A stretch of DNA of 64,000 nt, taken from contig OZ360247.1 in the NCBI GenBank assembly GCA_977017645.1, positions 26,722,001 to 26,786,000 on the forward strand, given 5' to 3'. The stretch comes from Torpedo marmorata (taxonomy: Eukaryota). The notes below the pieces were generated by a model that saw only the letters and a list, made by a program, of their open reading frames with translations, made no database searches and was not told the DNA's origin. Made by a program: the position numbers and the translations under genes. The first letter of the stretch is position 1, and every line of letters begins with the position of its first letter. Shown here one piece after another: positions 1 to 13,319 of this stretch.

Positions 1-1404
1 GACAATGAGCCCCAACACCAATTTTAAAAAAAATGATCACTGATCCGATCAGCATTTTAGAAAGATAAGAAACTATTTCCAATGCTTTCAATGTAAATTC
101 CAATCATAAACAAACTTTCTGTGAGACCAGTTCCTACTTTAGTGCAAAGACTTTAACATTGATCCAATCATTTATGATTCAAGAGACTAGTTTTATTATA
201 TTTTTTTGGTTGAAAATGAATGACAATAGTGGTCTCACATCACTGAGATTAACAAAATCTCATTAGCCTTGAGAATCCATGGTACATTCTGCCAGTATAA
301 AGATCAGGGATGCCAGCTGGAAGGCTACATTCTGGATCTTACTGAGGAATTCAGTCAGTAGTCTCGCAACTAAATCTGAAGCTTTGGGGTTCAAAGTGGC
401 AAAGGAAAAGATCTGGGATGTTGCTTTAATGTATTATTGTTGACATGCTACCTTGTCAAAGGTACGGTCTCTCAGATAAGATGATAGATGTATAAGATTC
501 CACAGTGGAATTATGAGCAGAGAAGTTATCCTTGGTGAAAATGAAAAAAAAAAAAAATGCAGATTCTGAATATCTGAAATAAAAACAGAAAGTACAAGAA
601 ACATTCAAAGGGCAGCATCTGAGGAAAGAGAAGCAGAAGTAACTCTTCACCAGATCAGGGAAAAAGAGAAACAAATTCATTTTAAATTGCAGAGGTTGAA
701 GAGTGATATGGATAGGACACAGGGAATATTTCAAAGGGATTATCTCTGGCAGGGTGAGGCTAGGGTTGTACAGCAGATAAGTTGTAGAAGTCATCTGTGC
801 GGGAGTTATAAAGAGAAAACAGAGAAATAGAAAAGTTGTGAAATTCAGTTTTTTTCTCTACCTTCAAAACAAAAAGATGTTAACGAACTTTATATTGGCT
901 GACGAAGAACGTAATGATAATATTTTTTGTTTTACTGCATTGCAGCAATAGCCTCTGCAGTCGGTTTATGAAAATCCCTCTGAACATACCTTCGGTGACC
1001 TTTTCCTTCGTTTTTACGTACTGATACAGATATCCTTTCTCTGGCTACTATCATTTGATTGCTTCCAAGAGCACAATACTCTTATTACATAAAGGCAACA
1101 TCAGTCAGTACTGAAATTAATGTTATCATGACTGTAGTCTTCCACAATAATTGAGAACATATATGGAGATCAGTTTCAGCTCCCTTCCCCTATCTAATTG
1201 TCTAGACATACAGTATTATTGGGCAATCTCTATCAGGAAAGGAAACCTGTAAAAAACTTGCCATTCTGCTTTGCTTCTCCCCAGATTTTCTAGCCTTCAA
1301 ATTGAAGTCATTGTCCATTGTCTGGTTCTTGAGCTCCTGCTAAAACTGTAGAAAATCTCCAGATTTGTGGATCCTAGTTTCACTGAAACTCTGGACACAG
1401 TAAG

Positions 1405-1824
1405 CGTTAGTGGTTAGGGCAACACTATTACAGCGCCAGTAACCTGGGTTCAAATCTGCTGCTGTCTGTATCAAAGTTTCTACGTTCTCCGTGTGCTGGC
1501 GTGAGTTTCCTCTGGCTCTCAAGTTTCCTCCCACATTCCAAAGACATAAGGGGTTAGTAGGTTAGTTCAGCATATGGGTGTAAAACCACACAGAAATTCT
1601 GGTGGAACTCAGCCAGTCTCGCAGCATCCATAGGAGGTAAGGATATATTACTGACGTTTCAGGCCTCAGCCCTTCTTCAAGGTATAAGCAAAGAACAGGA
1701 AGGCGTCAGATTAAAGACTGAAGAATGGGAGGGGGAGGAGTCCAGACCAACGAAAGGTGTTAATTGGATATGATAAGAGGAAAGGTGAGAATTGATTTTG
1801 GCTCTGTGAAAGGAGACAGAGGGA

Positions 1825-1872
<48 letters not shown>

Positions 1873-2195
1873 TGAGAAAGAGAGAGAGAGAGAGAGAGAG
1901 ATTGGGGAAAGGCGACGGGGGAAGAAGAAGGAACGGGGGAAGAAGAAGGGGGGGTGGGTTTAACGGAAACTGAAGTTGATGTTAATGCCATCCGGTTGGA
2001 GGGTGCCCAGACTGAAGATGAGGTGTTGTTCGTCCAATTTGCGGGTGGTCTCAGTATAGCAGTGCATGAGACCATGGACTGACATGTCAGCAAGGGAAAG
2101 GGACGGGGATATGGGTGTATTTGTATTTGGGCGTTGCGGGCACGTGGGCACGTGAGCTGGAATGACCTGTTTTGGTGCTGCATCTCTAAATTAAA
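1405..2195 (+). mobile_element. tRNA-derived V-SINE/HE1-like SINE split by the Penelope insertion
   Basis: Head and body at 1405-1582, 3' end at 2109-2195 ending ctaaattaaaa. Confidence 0.75.
1583..2108 (-). mobile_element. Penelope-like element 3' fragment inserted into a SINE
   Basis: Encodes RKLDEQHLIFSLGTLQPDGININF (C-terminus of a PLE GIY-YIG endonuclease), then (TC)n and a pLTR with a hammerhead-like motif. Flanked by the 11-bp duplication ATATGGGTGTA (1572-1582, 2109-2119). Confidence 0.8.
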
Positions 2196-5100
2196 ATTAC
2201 AATTCCCTTTGATCTAAAACTCTGGACAAACTAGATTCAGTTACATTGTACGAACCTGAATGTGCTTTCTCATTATTTGTTATAATTGTCCAGTTTAAGA
2301 TTTGGTTTATAATTCTTCCCTCCTTTCTAGGGATTGAGAGGATGCAGAATGCTAAAATTAAGGTTCTTAACTTTGATAGATAAAAGGGATTCTACTGAAG
2401 ATTCCTCCTCACCAATTGCAAAAGCAGCATTTTCCCACCCTAGTTCCCCCAGAGATGTTTACTAAGCCAACTGAGAGACTTAAGAAGGGGCATTTGAAGT
2501 CACATTTTAGTTGGATAATAGAATCAGATCTCTGTCATAAGACATTGGTGAACCAAATGAATTTTTATAATAATCCGATATGAACTTTTTCATTCTATAT
2601 TTACATAAATAGTCAAATTTAAATTCCCCTTCTGCAATAGTGGCAACAGAACTCAAGTCACCATTTCATTTGTTCACGTGTCAGGAATATTAACCCAGTA
2701 ACATTATGAGTGTACTTCTGTATTCTATAATGGAGCAGGAAATGAAGGCTTGAGGTAAACAATAATAATTGGGAAAAAGCAATGCAGGAATTCTAATCAA
2801 TAGTGTTTACTTCACAAATCATAATATTAACAAAACTATCAATTCATAATAAATGAACAGGAACAAATTTAACATATAAAAAGTTCATACCAGATTAGAG
2901 CAAATGAAACATTCACTCTAACATTGGATATCATCAATGAGCCATTGACCAATATATAAATTTAAATTAAAATAATATCCTAATAAATCACAGTACAAGG
3001 TTAATGAGGCAATTACTCTCCATGTAAAAACATTTAAACAGCACTTGTACATAACTCAAACCTGTGCTTGCCGGAAACATTGCAATGATAAAAAGTTCAC
3101 AGTAAAAACTGTGAGCACAAACTATTTAACAAAGCAAGTCTTAAATAGCTGAAATAATACTTCCATTTATCACAACCAATGAGCAGTTGTGACTCTCCAT
3201 AGGCACAAACTGATGTACTGGAAGGGATGAAGATATTATGGTGTAGTTTTAAAAAACAGCTGACAATTTCAAGCTGTGAATCCACTCACTTTCGGCTAGA
3301 GGGATGGTATTTCTCAATGGGAAACTTCCACGAGTTCCTCCCAAGTTAAACATTTGAAACGCGCTCAGCCGGTAAAGATGGAGGATAGGAAGTGTATATT
3401 ATGCTCTGACTGTGAACCAGGTTTCAGATCATCTGCATCCTTAATACCTTATAGCAGTGGAATTAGCAAGGGGCCCTGCAGTGTGGGGGCAACATTCCTG
3501 GTAGAAATATTTAACAGAGGTCTGTCATCTTGTCCTGTTCAATGATAAAGGTCTCATGACACCAATCATAAAATAAGATGGTCTGGATATCTGCAGGTAG
3601 TCCTACAAAAATGTTTCCATTTGCTTTTTGTCCTCATTCTAGATGTAAAGTGGAAAATTATATAGATAGCCTGTGAAATATTTCCAAAATAAATAACATA
3701 GCTAATGCAAATTTAATTAATACCGTATTCTATGTAATTTATGATTGATCATTTACCATTAGTCAATAAAGCAAAGGAAGAGAACCTTATGACCCTTTCA
3801 TGATGCTTACAGCCATTGGTTCCTCGAATATCAGTTACCAGTTACTTTTCAAATGTGGATTTTAATTTGTATCACGTATATCCGACAGGAAAAATGTAAT
3901 TGTTCTCCTTCCTTTAGTTATATCAGTAAAATATAAGATTTCTCTGGACTCATTAACCTGATGAATCTCTGATAACACACATTAATATATCGCATGACTT
4001 TTATCCTTACTTGTTGCAGATAAGTTACAGACATTCATGTTACAGTATGGGCAGACCATATGTTTCAGTATGGAGGTTGCACTGCCTAGTTTCCCACATG
4101 CAGCCATAATGACCTTCTTTTCACAGTTACCACAGCATTTGCAAGTTCAAAGGTCATGCTGCTTTGATGTCAAGCACGAAATGTTTCCTCACAAAACAAT
4201 AACATACAACTTCAGCACGGACAGATGGTCCAAACAGCCTACGTTGGGACACGCTTTAATTTAAACAGACATTGTTCAACCTGGATTTAATCTGTAGCTT
4301 GTTAAATGGACCCATTTATCAAACGCAAGTACTGATGTACAAAACCAGGGTGAGCAGCTGTTGATATGGCAATTTCAATCCTTTAACCTACTGGAGAACC
4401 TTTTGACACCTTGGTAATATTTCCATAGAAATTCTTCCAGACACCCTCTGTGCAGCAGCCTCTTGCCTAAACACTCGATGCCACGACCTTTGACTTAACG
4501 CACATTGGGTCACTGAGATACACTGCTTGTACCATGCTACTTCTGCCAGCCAAATAATAAACAGCAAAGCATCATTTCTCTCAACTCTCAATCATTCATG
4601 GTGACCAAATAAAGGTAGCTCTATCTCCATTGATCAATGCCTCCCTCCATCTTTCAATTCCCCCTTTATCCATCTATTTTTTTGTCGTTATTTCTCTCTC
4701 ATTTCTTTGTTTGTTTGCTTCTATACAATTCCCTCCTAATTTTACAAGTACCTGCTGTGGGACAGTTGCTAGTATTCTCACCTTTGAAAGAACAATTTCT
4801 GGGCTTTAAACTCACTCCAAGTCATGAAGATAAATTCTAGAATGTCACCCTAGTTCATCATTGAAATGATACAACTAAATGAGGCAATGCCTTTCAACTA
4901 AGATGACCTGCCCTACAGGTGAAAGATCTTGAAAATCTTTAAGAGCAATGGAGTTCTCTCCAATATCATGGTGAATACTTATGACTCGAGATTAGTAAAT
5001 TGATATCACGTTTCTGTTTGTGGGTTCTTGCAGTATGAACTCTGACTGCTGCTTTTCCTATAAAGTTGGGACTGTCCTTCAAAATGATTTTGTTAATTAT

Positions 5101-6921
5101 AAGGTGCTTGTAATGCTGTGAAAGATGTAATGTAAAAAGCATCTTCTTTTACACTTTAGGACATGGTTAATAAAATCCCACAGGATTCAATGTTGAATTT
5201 GATAACAAGCCTTTCCAATTTGTATTAGAATTGACAAGTTCAGGTGAGAGGTCCTCAGTCTGAAATGTTAATCCAACGTTTCTCTCTCCACAGATGCTGC
5301 TTAACCTGTTGATCATTTCCATCAGTCATTTTCTTTGCTATTTTCCAGTAACATCAGTGTTCTGTATCTCACCATTCCAGAATTGCCTTTTTTTATTTTC
5401 CTCTGTTTTCTTTCACCTTTTTTATATTTACTTCGAGTTTGATCAGCTGGGATAAGCAAGCCTTCCCCATTCTCTCTTAGCCTGTGTTTTCATCACTTAC
5501 ATCACAATCTCTCTTGGTCTCCCTCCTATCAGACACATTCCCTCCATCCTTCCCTCTTCTTTCAAGGCTATTTGTATCCTAACTTTGTCTAATTCTGATG
5601 AAAGGTCATTAAAACGGTCTGACCTGCTGAGTATTTACAGTATTTTGAATTTTTATTTTGGATTTCTAACATCTACAGTTTTATTCTTTTTGATTAATGT
5701 GGGAAACAGAAAGCTATTCTTTTCCAGCAGCTGAAACATTTTTTTTGGAAAGAAATCTAAAATATGTGAGAAAAAAATAAGGCAGGAAATCAAACCAGGT
5801 GAAGTAGAACTTCAGTGAATAAATTATAATTTGGAAAACAAAATGCCAACCAAATTGCAACCTGGCCATTTCCCATCCCAGGTACACCTACACTCATTCA
5901 TCAATGCATCGTCGTAACCAAAGTCCAATCATACATTGATTAAAGCGTTCATTGTCTCTTGATGGAGGAGCAATTGTTTTCTGCAAACAGGGCAGAATGT
6001 AGCATAGAAACTGTGTGAAGACTGGCTGAGAAAAAGTCAAGAACATTGTTTATAGCTTCCTAACTAATAGAGAACACATGTAAAACACCCTTTCCATAAC
6101 ATAACCCTGAATCTAGTATGCATTTATTGGTCCCAAAGGCAGCACTTTAGAAAGAGTCTACTTTCCATCGATAATGATTTGATGCCCATGGCATTGTTAT
6201 AGTTTAACTTCCGGACATCTACCTTCTTTTGTGTAGAATATCATAGAATATTAACAGTTCAGTCAAAATAATGTACATTTAGTAACTAAATATTGGTATT
6301 TAGAAGGTAGAGTGAGCATTCTTCTCTTTGCCAAAAGTACATAGTTTTGCCAAACTTACAGAACACTAGGTTAGCTGTTAAACACTTCTGTATCTTTCCA
6401 ACAATTGTAAAAATTTAAAAAAACTAATTGGCAAGGATAAAAAGGTTCCTGAATTAAACTTTTGCACCTAATAATCTGAACGTTACACCTTGCAACCTTA
6501 TTTTGCTGGACATTTCAGTAACTTGCATCTATTATGCAAGAAGTTCACTTGAATCTTATGAAAGAAACCTTTGTTTGTGATGACAAATTTCAGAAATCCA
6601 AATGAGACCAGGCATGCTCATGGGACTGGGTTCCTAAGTGGGTTGGAACATTCTTCTCTGGGCATGTCCTTTTTATTCAACTCAGAGGAATATAATGGCA
6701 GCACCTTCACTGTAAGTGGGTTGAGTGAAATTTGTTTGAGCAGACCCAACCTTGATCCTGGTAGAAAGAAAATGGAGCCCATAATCCTCAATTTTTCTTA
6801 TATCCATATGCGTCTTTTAAATGTCCCTATTTTATTGACCTCTGCCACCAAGACTGGCCGTGCATTCCAGACAACCACCACTCTTTGCGTAAAAACCTAT
6901 CTTTAACATCTCCACTTTACA

Positions 6922-7304
6922 GACCGGCTGCATCACGATCTAGTATAGGGACCTCAATGCCCCTGAGTGTATAGCCCTGCAAAAGGTAGTGGACACAGCC
7001 CAGGACATCACAGGAAAAACCCTCCCCACCATCATGAACATCTACAGGGAACACTGCCATCGGAGAGCAGCAGTAATCATCAAGGATCCACACCAGCCAG
7101 CACACGCTCTGTTCTCACTGCTACTATTAGGTGCCACAAGTCTCACTCCACCATCAGACTCCTCAACAACAAATTCAATCAGGGAGTCATTTAAGGACTC
7201 TTACTTTTGCCCTTTATTGATTTTTTTTCTATCTCTGCATTGCACAGTCAGTTGTTTACATTTATTTATTTGTTTACGTGTATACGTTGAGTACAGTTTT
7301 TTTG
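6922..7304 (+). mobile_element. Rex1/Babar-L2-type LINE 3' fragment (left of Gypsy)
   Basis: Encodes DTAQDITGKTLP...IIKDPHQPAHALFSLL, the C-terminal region of this LINE class; cut by the LTR just before the tail. Confidence 0.8.
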
Positions 7305-7524
7305 TGTGATGTTTCTTCTATTACAATAAAGAAACGGGTTCTTTTTAAGCAACTACATTTATTACGTAAAGCAAACAGCACTAAGAACAGAACACACACA
7401 GACAAGACCTCATGTGGAGGCATCCATCTTGATTCTACCCAAGATGCAACACGTTTCCCAAGATGCAACAGCTGCCACACAACTCATCTCCGACTCCTCC
7501 TAGTGGTAGCACACTATCACTATA
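7305..7524 (-). repeat. 3' LTR of Gypsy element
   Basis: Direct repeat of 11649-11868; starts TGTGATG on +; adjacent to the PPT. Confidence 0.9.
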
Positions 7525-7656
7525 TTCCCTTTCCTTGAGATGTTTAATCTAACAACATGACACACTAATACAGTATTCTTTCAATTTAAAGTTCAACACA
7601 AACGTAAACACAAATAATCAGCAGCACAAACTTTGAAGTGTGCAGTTCTTTTTCTT

Positions 7657-10600
7657 TTAGAGATTCAGTTTGTCAGGTGCTTTGATAACACGTGTGGATC
7701 TTCTTAACACAGGTGCTTGTGTCGGCTCTGCTGGTCCACTACTGTCTAGCACTGGTGGTGTTTCCTCTGTTGCTGTGCAGGCTGAATCTTCTGCATCTGT
7801 CTGTTCCTGCAGTGTCTCTTGCATTTTCAGCAGGCTCTTTCGATTCCTCCTCAGTATTTGACCATCCTCTGTTCTGACAGTGTAGGATCTTGGATTTACT
7901 TCCTCCAGAACAGTAGCCTTTTTGTCCCAAGTGTTGGAATCTCTGAGTCTCACTGTGTCATGTTGTGCCAGTGGCCCTAAGCTTCTTGCTGACTTGTCAT
8001 AGTCTGCTTTTTGTCTCCCTTGCAGACACTTTTGTTTCCGTTCGACATCTTCAACATCTTGTTCTTGTTTGGGTCTGCAGAGTAGGGAAGTGTTGTGTGT
8101 AGTCTACGTCCCATCAGAAGCTCAGCGGGTGACATGCCATGTTCAAGTGGCGAAACTATGTAACTCAATAGAGCAAGATACGGGTCTGAGCCACTGTCTT
8201 GTGCTTTCTTGAACAACTGTTTAACTATGTGAACTCCTTTCTCTGCTTTACCGTTTGACTGTGGATGCAGAGGACTTGAAGTCACATGTCTAAAATCATA
8301 CTCTTCTGCAAAGTTCTGGAATTCTCCACAGCTGTAGCATGGTCCATTGTCACTGTAGACAATTTGAGGAATTCCATGTCTTGCAAAGATCGATTTCATA
8401 TATTTGATCACACAAGCAGCAGACATGCTAGGAAGCAGCACTATCTCTGGATAGTTCGATAGATAGTCAATAACTAGCAAGTAATTCTTTCCATCCATGT
8501 GGAACAGATCAGTCCCAACTTTCTGTCATGGTTCTGCTGGTACATCAGTTATTATCATGGGTTCCTTTGTCTGCTTTGTGTGATGCGTCAAACAGGCCTC
8601 ACAGCTGGAAACCATTTTGTCAATCTCAGTGTTATTCCCTGGTCAATAAACAGCAGTTCTGGCCCTCCTCTTGCATTTTTCAATTCCAAGGTGCCCCTCA
8701 TGCACCCTTTTCAGCATCTCTTGTCGCAGTGATGGAGGAATGATAATTCTGCTCTGTCTGAGTAGAATCCCATTGACAACACTCAGCTCAGCTCTGATGT
8801 TGTAGTATGGCTGACATTCACCTCTAGGCCATCCTTCATTCAAATTCTTGATGACCTTCTGTAGAACTGTGTCCTTTTCTGTTTCAGCTGCAATCTGCTT
8901 GGATTTCATGTCAGATACGGGAAGAGACTCAGTGATCAGATTCACGTGGAGATTCACATCTGTCTCTGTGGAACTCTCATTGTGTGCTTCACTCTGCGTC
9001 GTTGCCCTGGATAACGCATCAGCTAACACAATAAGTTTCCCTGGTGTGTAAACCAATTTAAAGTCATAATGTTGTAGCTTCATCATCAGTCTTTGGATTC
9101 TCGGTGACATTTCACTGAGATTTTTCTTGATTATCGCTATTAATGGCTTGTGGTCTGTCTCTGCCACAAATGTTGGTAGACCATACACATAACTGTGAAA
9201 TTTCTCGAGTCCATAGACCAGACCTAGACACTCTTTCTCTATCTGTGGATATCGACATTCAGATGTTGTCATCGTCATTTATGCGTATGCTACTGGACTC
9301 CAATCTTCTCCCACTGCCTGAAGTAGTACGGCACCTATTCCATCTTTTGATGCGTCCGTAGATATTTTCATCCTCTCGATGCATCAAAGAAAGTCAACAG
9401 TACTGGTTCTGTAGTTAGAATGGTCTTCAGTCGTCCCCATTCTTCTTCGTGGTTGTCTGTCCACTTGAATTCACATTTGTCCTGTAATAACTTCCTTAGG
9501 TACATTGTTTTGGAAGACAAGTTTGGTATGAATTTACCAATGAAATTGATGATCATTCCCAGCACTCTCAATACGCCTTTTTTTGTCAGTGGGTCTGGGC
9601 ATCTCTAAAATTGCTTTCACCTTGCTCTTGTCTGGCTCCACACCTGCTTCTGACAGTTTATCTCCCAGAAAGGTGATTTCCTTCACACCAAACTGACCTT
9701 TTTCTCTGTTTAACTTTAATCCATACTTCTGGATGCGTTGTAGCACTTTGATGAGCCTTTCGTTGTGTTGTTCTTGTGTGGATCCCCATAGGATCATGTC
9801 ATCCATGTACACACGTACCCCATTTATGCCTTCTATGGTGTGCTCCATTGTCCTGTGGAACACTTCCGGAGCTGAGGAAATTCCAAAAGACATCCTCAGA
9901 CAGGAGTATCGGCCAAACGGTGTATTAAATGTACAGTATTTTGTGCTATCATCATGCAGTTTTATTTGCTAGAAGCCCTGGGATGCATCCAATTTAGTGA
10001 AAAACTTTGCACCGGCCATCTCACTTGTAATTTCATCCCTGGTCGGAATCTGATAATGTTCCCTCTTTATATTGGCATTCAAGACTTTTGGGTCCATGCA
10101 CACGCGTAGGTCACCGTCCTTATTTTTGACACACACCATCGAATTCACCCATACTGTGGGCTCCTCCACTTTCTTTAAGACCCCTAGTGCCGTCATTCGG
10201 TTGAGTTCCTGCTTGAGCTTTTCTTTTAATGGTGCTGGAACCCGCCTTGGGGCATGCACTACTGACTGTGCGTCCTCCTTTAACTGTATCTTATAGGTGA
10301 ATGGTAGAACTCCAAACCCCTTAAAGATGTCTGGAAATTGATCCAGTATTTCCTCTACGCTGTTCCATGTATTGTCACTGTTAATGTGGTACACCCTCTT
10401 GACTAGGCTTAAGTTTTCACATGCTTTGTCACCAAGCAGTGAATAACGTCCATCTGGGATTACTGTGAACCTGAGGTGGTGCTCTTTATCTTTAACTTTC
10501 ACCTTGAGTTTACATGTACCTTTCGTGTCGATGCTCTGTCCATTGTAGGCTTTGAGCAGTACAGGATTTGCATGGATGTATGGCTTTATCTTCATTGCCC

Positions 10601-11560
10601 TGATGTCGCGCTCACAGATCAAATTGACCATTGCCCCTGTGTCCAGCTTGAAAGGAATATTTGTTCCATTTGTATGCAATGACACAGTCCATTTATCCTG
10701 CTTCACACTGTTCACTTCCTGCACTACCATGCCCATGAAAAGTGTATCACTGAGAGCAGTTTCTTCTATAGTGTGTACACTTTTACTTCTGTCTTGTTTC
10801 CCTTTGGAAAAACATTGCTTTGCATAGTGATTCTGCTCTTTGCACTTATTAAAGACTTTCCCATAAACTGGGCATTATTTGGGCGCTTGTTTAGTGCCAC
10901 ATCGTTTACAATTGAATGTCTCTCCGTCTTTTTATTGTTTCCTATATCTCATATTTTGTTTATGTGTGTGTCCAGATACTGTGGCTATGACTATGCCTTC
11001 ATTTTCACTGGCTTTTATAGTATCACCAAACTTTTTCACGTGCTGCAGAGCTAATTCACTAGAATGGCATATCTTCACAGCTCCCGCTAAGGTAAGCTCT
11101 GTCTCTCACAGCAACCTCCCTCTCACTTTCTTATCATTAATTTCAAACACAATTTGATCATGGATCATTGAATCTTGCAGTGATCCAAAATTGCATGTTC
11201 CTGCTTTTAATTTTAAGCCTGTTAAAAAGGTATCAAAGCTTTCTCCCTGCAGCTGAGTGCATGAGCGAAACACGTACCTCTCGAAGGTTTCATTTTCTTT
11301 GGTGAACAGTGTTCATCAAACATCTCTATACCCTTGTTGAATTTGCTCTGGTCTTCTGCCTTGGCAAATACAAATGTGTTGAAAACCTCTGGAGCTTTAG
11401 GTCCTGCCACGGTAATTAGCATTGCAATCTTCCGTGTATCTGATTTGCTATCGATTCCAATGGCTTGCAGGTACAGCATGAATCTTTGTTTAAACAACCT
11501 CCACTCGTGGTCGACATTTACAGTCCATTTTACAACATCAGGAGCTTTTAAACTCTCCAT
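7657..11560 (-). pseudogene. Gypsy gag-pol, broken by stops and frameshifts
   Basis: Fragments: gag (EWRLFKQRFMLYL), CCHC knuckles near 10810-10910, protease FKLDTGA, RT VRVYMDDMILWG, RNase H YPQIEKECLGLVYGLEKF, integrase HEGHLGIEKC, YSDNGPCY and HPQSNGKAE, C-terminal RRSTR. Confidence 0.93.
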
Positions 11561-11648
11561 ATTTTCTCTGCTGATATCGACTGTTACTCACTATGCACAC
11601 TTCTGGTGTTTCTTCCACTCCTGGCTGTTTCTTCCACTCCTGGTACCA

Positions 11649-11868
11649 TGTGATGTTTCTTCTATTACAATAAAGAAACTTGGGTTCTTTTTAAACAACT
11701 ATATTTATTAACTAAAGCAAACAGTACAAGAACAGAACACACACAGACAAGCCCTCATGTGGAGGCATCCATCTTGATTCTACCCAAGATGCAACACATT
11801 TCCCAAGATGCAACAGCTGCCACACAACTCATCTCCGACTCCTCCTAGTCGTAACACACTATCGCTAC
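11649..11868 (-). repeat. 5' LTR of Gypsy element
   Basis: Direct repeat of 7305-7524; adjacent to the PBS; outer terminal base appears missing (ends CTAC). Confidence 0.9.
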
Positions 11869-12365
11869 TGCCCCTGAGTGTATAGCCCTGCAAAAGGTAG
11901 TGGTCACAACCCAGGTCATCACAGGCAAAACTCTCCCCACCATCGAGAACATCTACAGGGAGCGCTGCTGTCGGAGAGCAGCAGCAATCATCAAGGATCC
12001 ACACCACCAAGCACACGCTCTGTTCTCACTGCTACCATTAGGAAAGAGGTATAGATGCCACAAGACTCACACCACCAGGTTCAGGAACAGCTGCTACCCC
12101 TCCACCATCAGAATCCTCAACGACAAACTCAATCAGAGACTCAATTAAGGACTCTTACTTTTACCCTTTATTGATTTTTTTTCTCTCTCTGCATTGCACT
12201 GTCAGCTGTTTACATTTCTTTATTTGTTTACATGTATATGTTGAGTACAGTTTTCTTTTGCACTGCCAATAAGTGGTAATTCTGCCTCGCCCGCAGGAAA
12301 AAGAATCTCAGGGTTGTATGTGATCTCATGTATGTACTCTGACAATAAATCTGAAATCTGAATCT
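11869..12365 (+). mobile_element. Rex1/Babar-L2-type LINE 3' fragment with tail (right of Gypsy)
   Basis: IIKDPHHQAHALFSLLPLGKRYRCHKTHTTRFRNSCYP, then 3' UTR ending TGACAATAAA(TCTGAAA)n. Confidence 0.85.
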
Positions 12366-13319
12366 ACTCACCTCAAACAGATGTACTCTGTTATTAGCCT
12401 TTGCTGCCCTTGGAAAAAGAAAGGTGCTGGCTGTCCATTTTATCTCTGCCTCTCATAATCTTGCACACAAACAGTATATAGTCAACCATATAAAAGAACG
12501 TAAGACAATATGAGCAGGAGCAAGCCACTTGAGGCCCCAAAGCTGACCCCTCCTCCTCACATTCTAAATGGTTGTGGCTGATGTGCCCCACACCTCATTT
12601 CTGCTTCTGTGTCATTTCCCATATCCCACAATTTTCTGAGCTTTCAAAAATGCCACTATTGCCAGATATGTGCACATCCTTGGAACGAATAAAACAAGCT
12701 GTGATCCAAGTGATTTGGTAAATTAATTCGGAGGACAGCTAAGGGTCAACCACATTACTGTGAAAGTAGAGTCACTCATAGGTAAGAATGGCACGTTTCC
12801 TTCTCCAAAGCAAATTAGTGAACCAGATAGGTTCAAGTTTACAGTATGAATACTAACTTTTAATTCCACATTTTAGAGAGCTCACACGATCCATTCTTTG
12901 ATTTAAATTTCCCAACTGTGATAGCTTTGGGATTCAGTCTCCAAAACGTCCATATCAGTTGTCCAGCAACTTTACCACAATGCAAGGATACAATGGTCAG
13001 CCCCTAGCACTGGGATAGAATAACCTGAGATTAAATGTACACCTATCCCATTATTGTACTTAACCTGGGCAGACTTACTACTGATTTTGATTCCAAAAAA
13101 TGTTTTCCTTCATTAGTATCTCTCATCTTTGTTGGTCCCAATTTAAATACCACCAGATATGAATCGTGAGTTACTTGAACATTTTTATCAGCATAAATGT
13201 TTTGATATAGAAAGAGTGAATATTTATCTGCTTCCATTCGTATCAAAAATTTAAATATCGGAATAGGATTTTTATAACTTTTATAAGTTTTATTCTAAAT
13301 TATCTTACAGATGCAGATA

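Larger units (their letters stand above)
7305..11868 (-). mobile_element. Decayed full-length Ty3/Gypsy LTR retrotransposon (Mag-like)
   Basis: Two ~220-bp LTRs (7305-7524, 11649-11868). PBS TGGTACCAGGAGTGG at 11648-11634 is complementary to the tRNA-Leu 3' end. PPT AAGGAAAGGGAA at 7536-7525. Domain order gag-PR-RT-RH-IN. Confidence 0.95.
6800..12470 (-). mobile_element. CR1 LINE fragment split by the Rex1/Gypsy insertion (pieces ~6800-6920 and ~12366-12470)
   Basis: Both pieces align colinearly by eye with the CR1 copy at 51560-51800 (gcattccagac..ccac..ctct..gcgtaaaaa; ggtgctggctgtcca..ttatct.tgcctctcataatcttg). Confidence 0.65.

Noticed and set aside
456-794. 112-aa hydrophobic ORF
   Set aside because: Arises from a purine-rich low-complexity tract; no motif.
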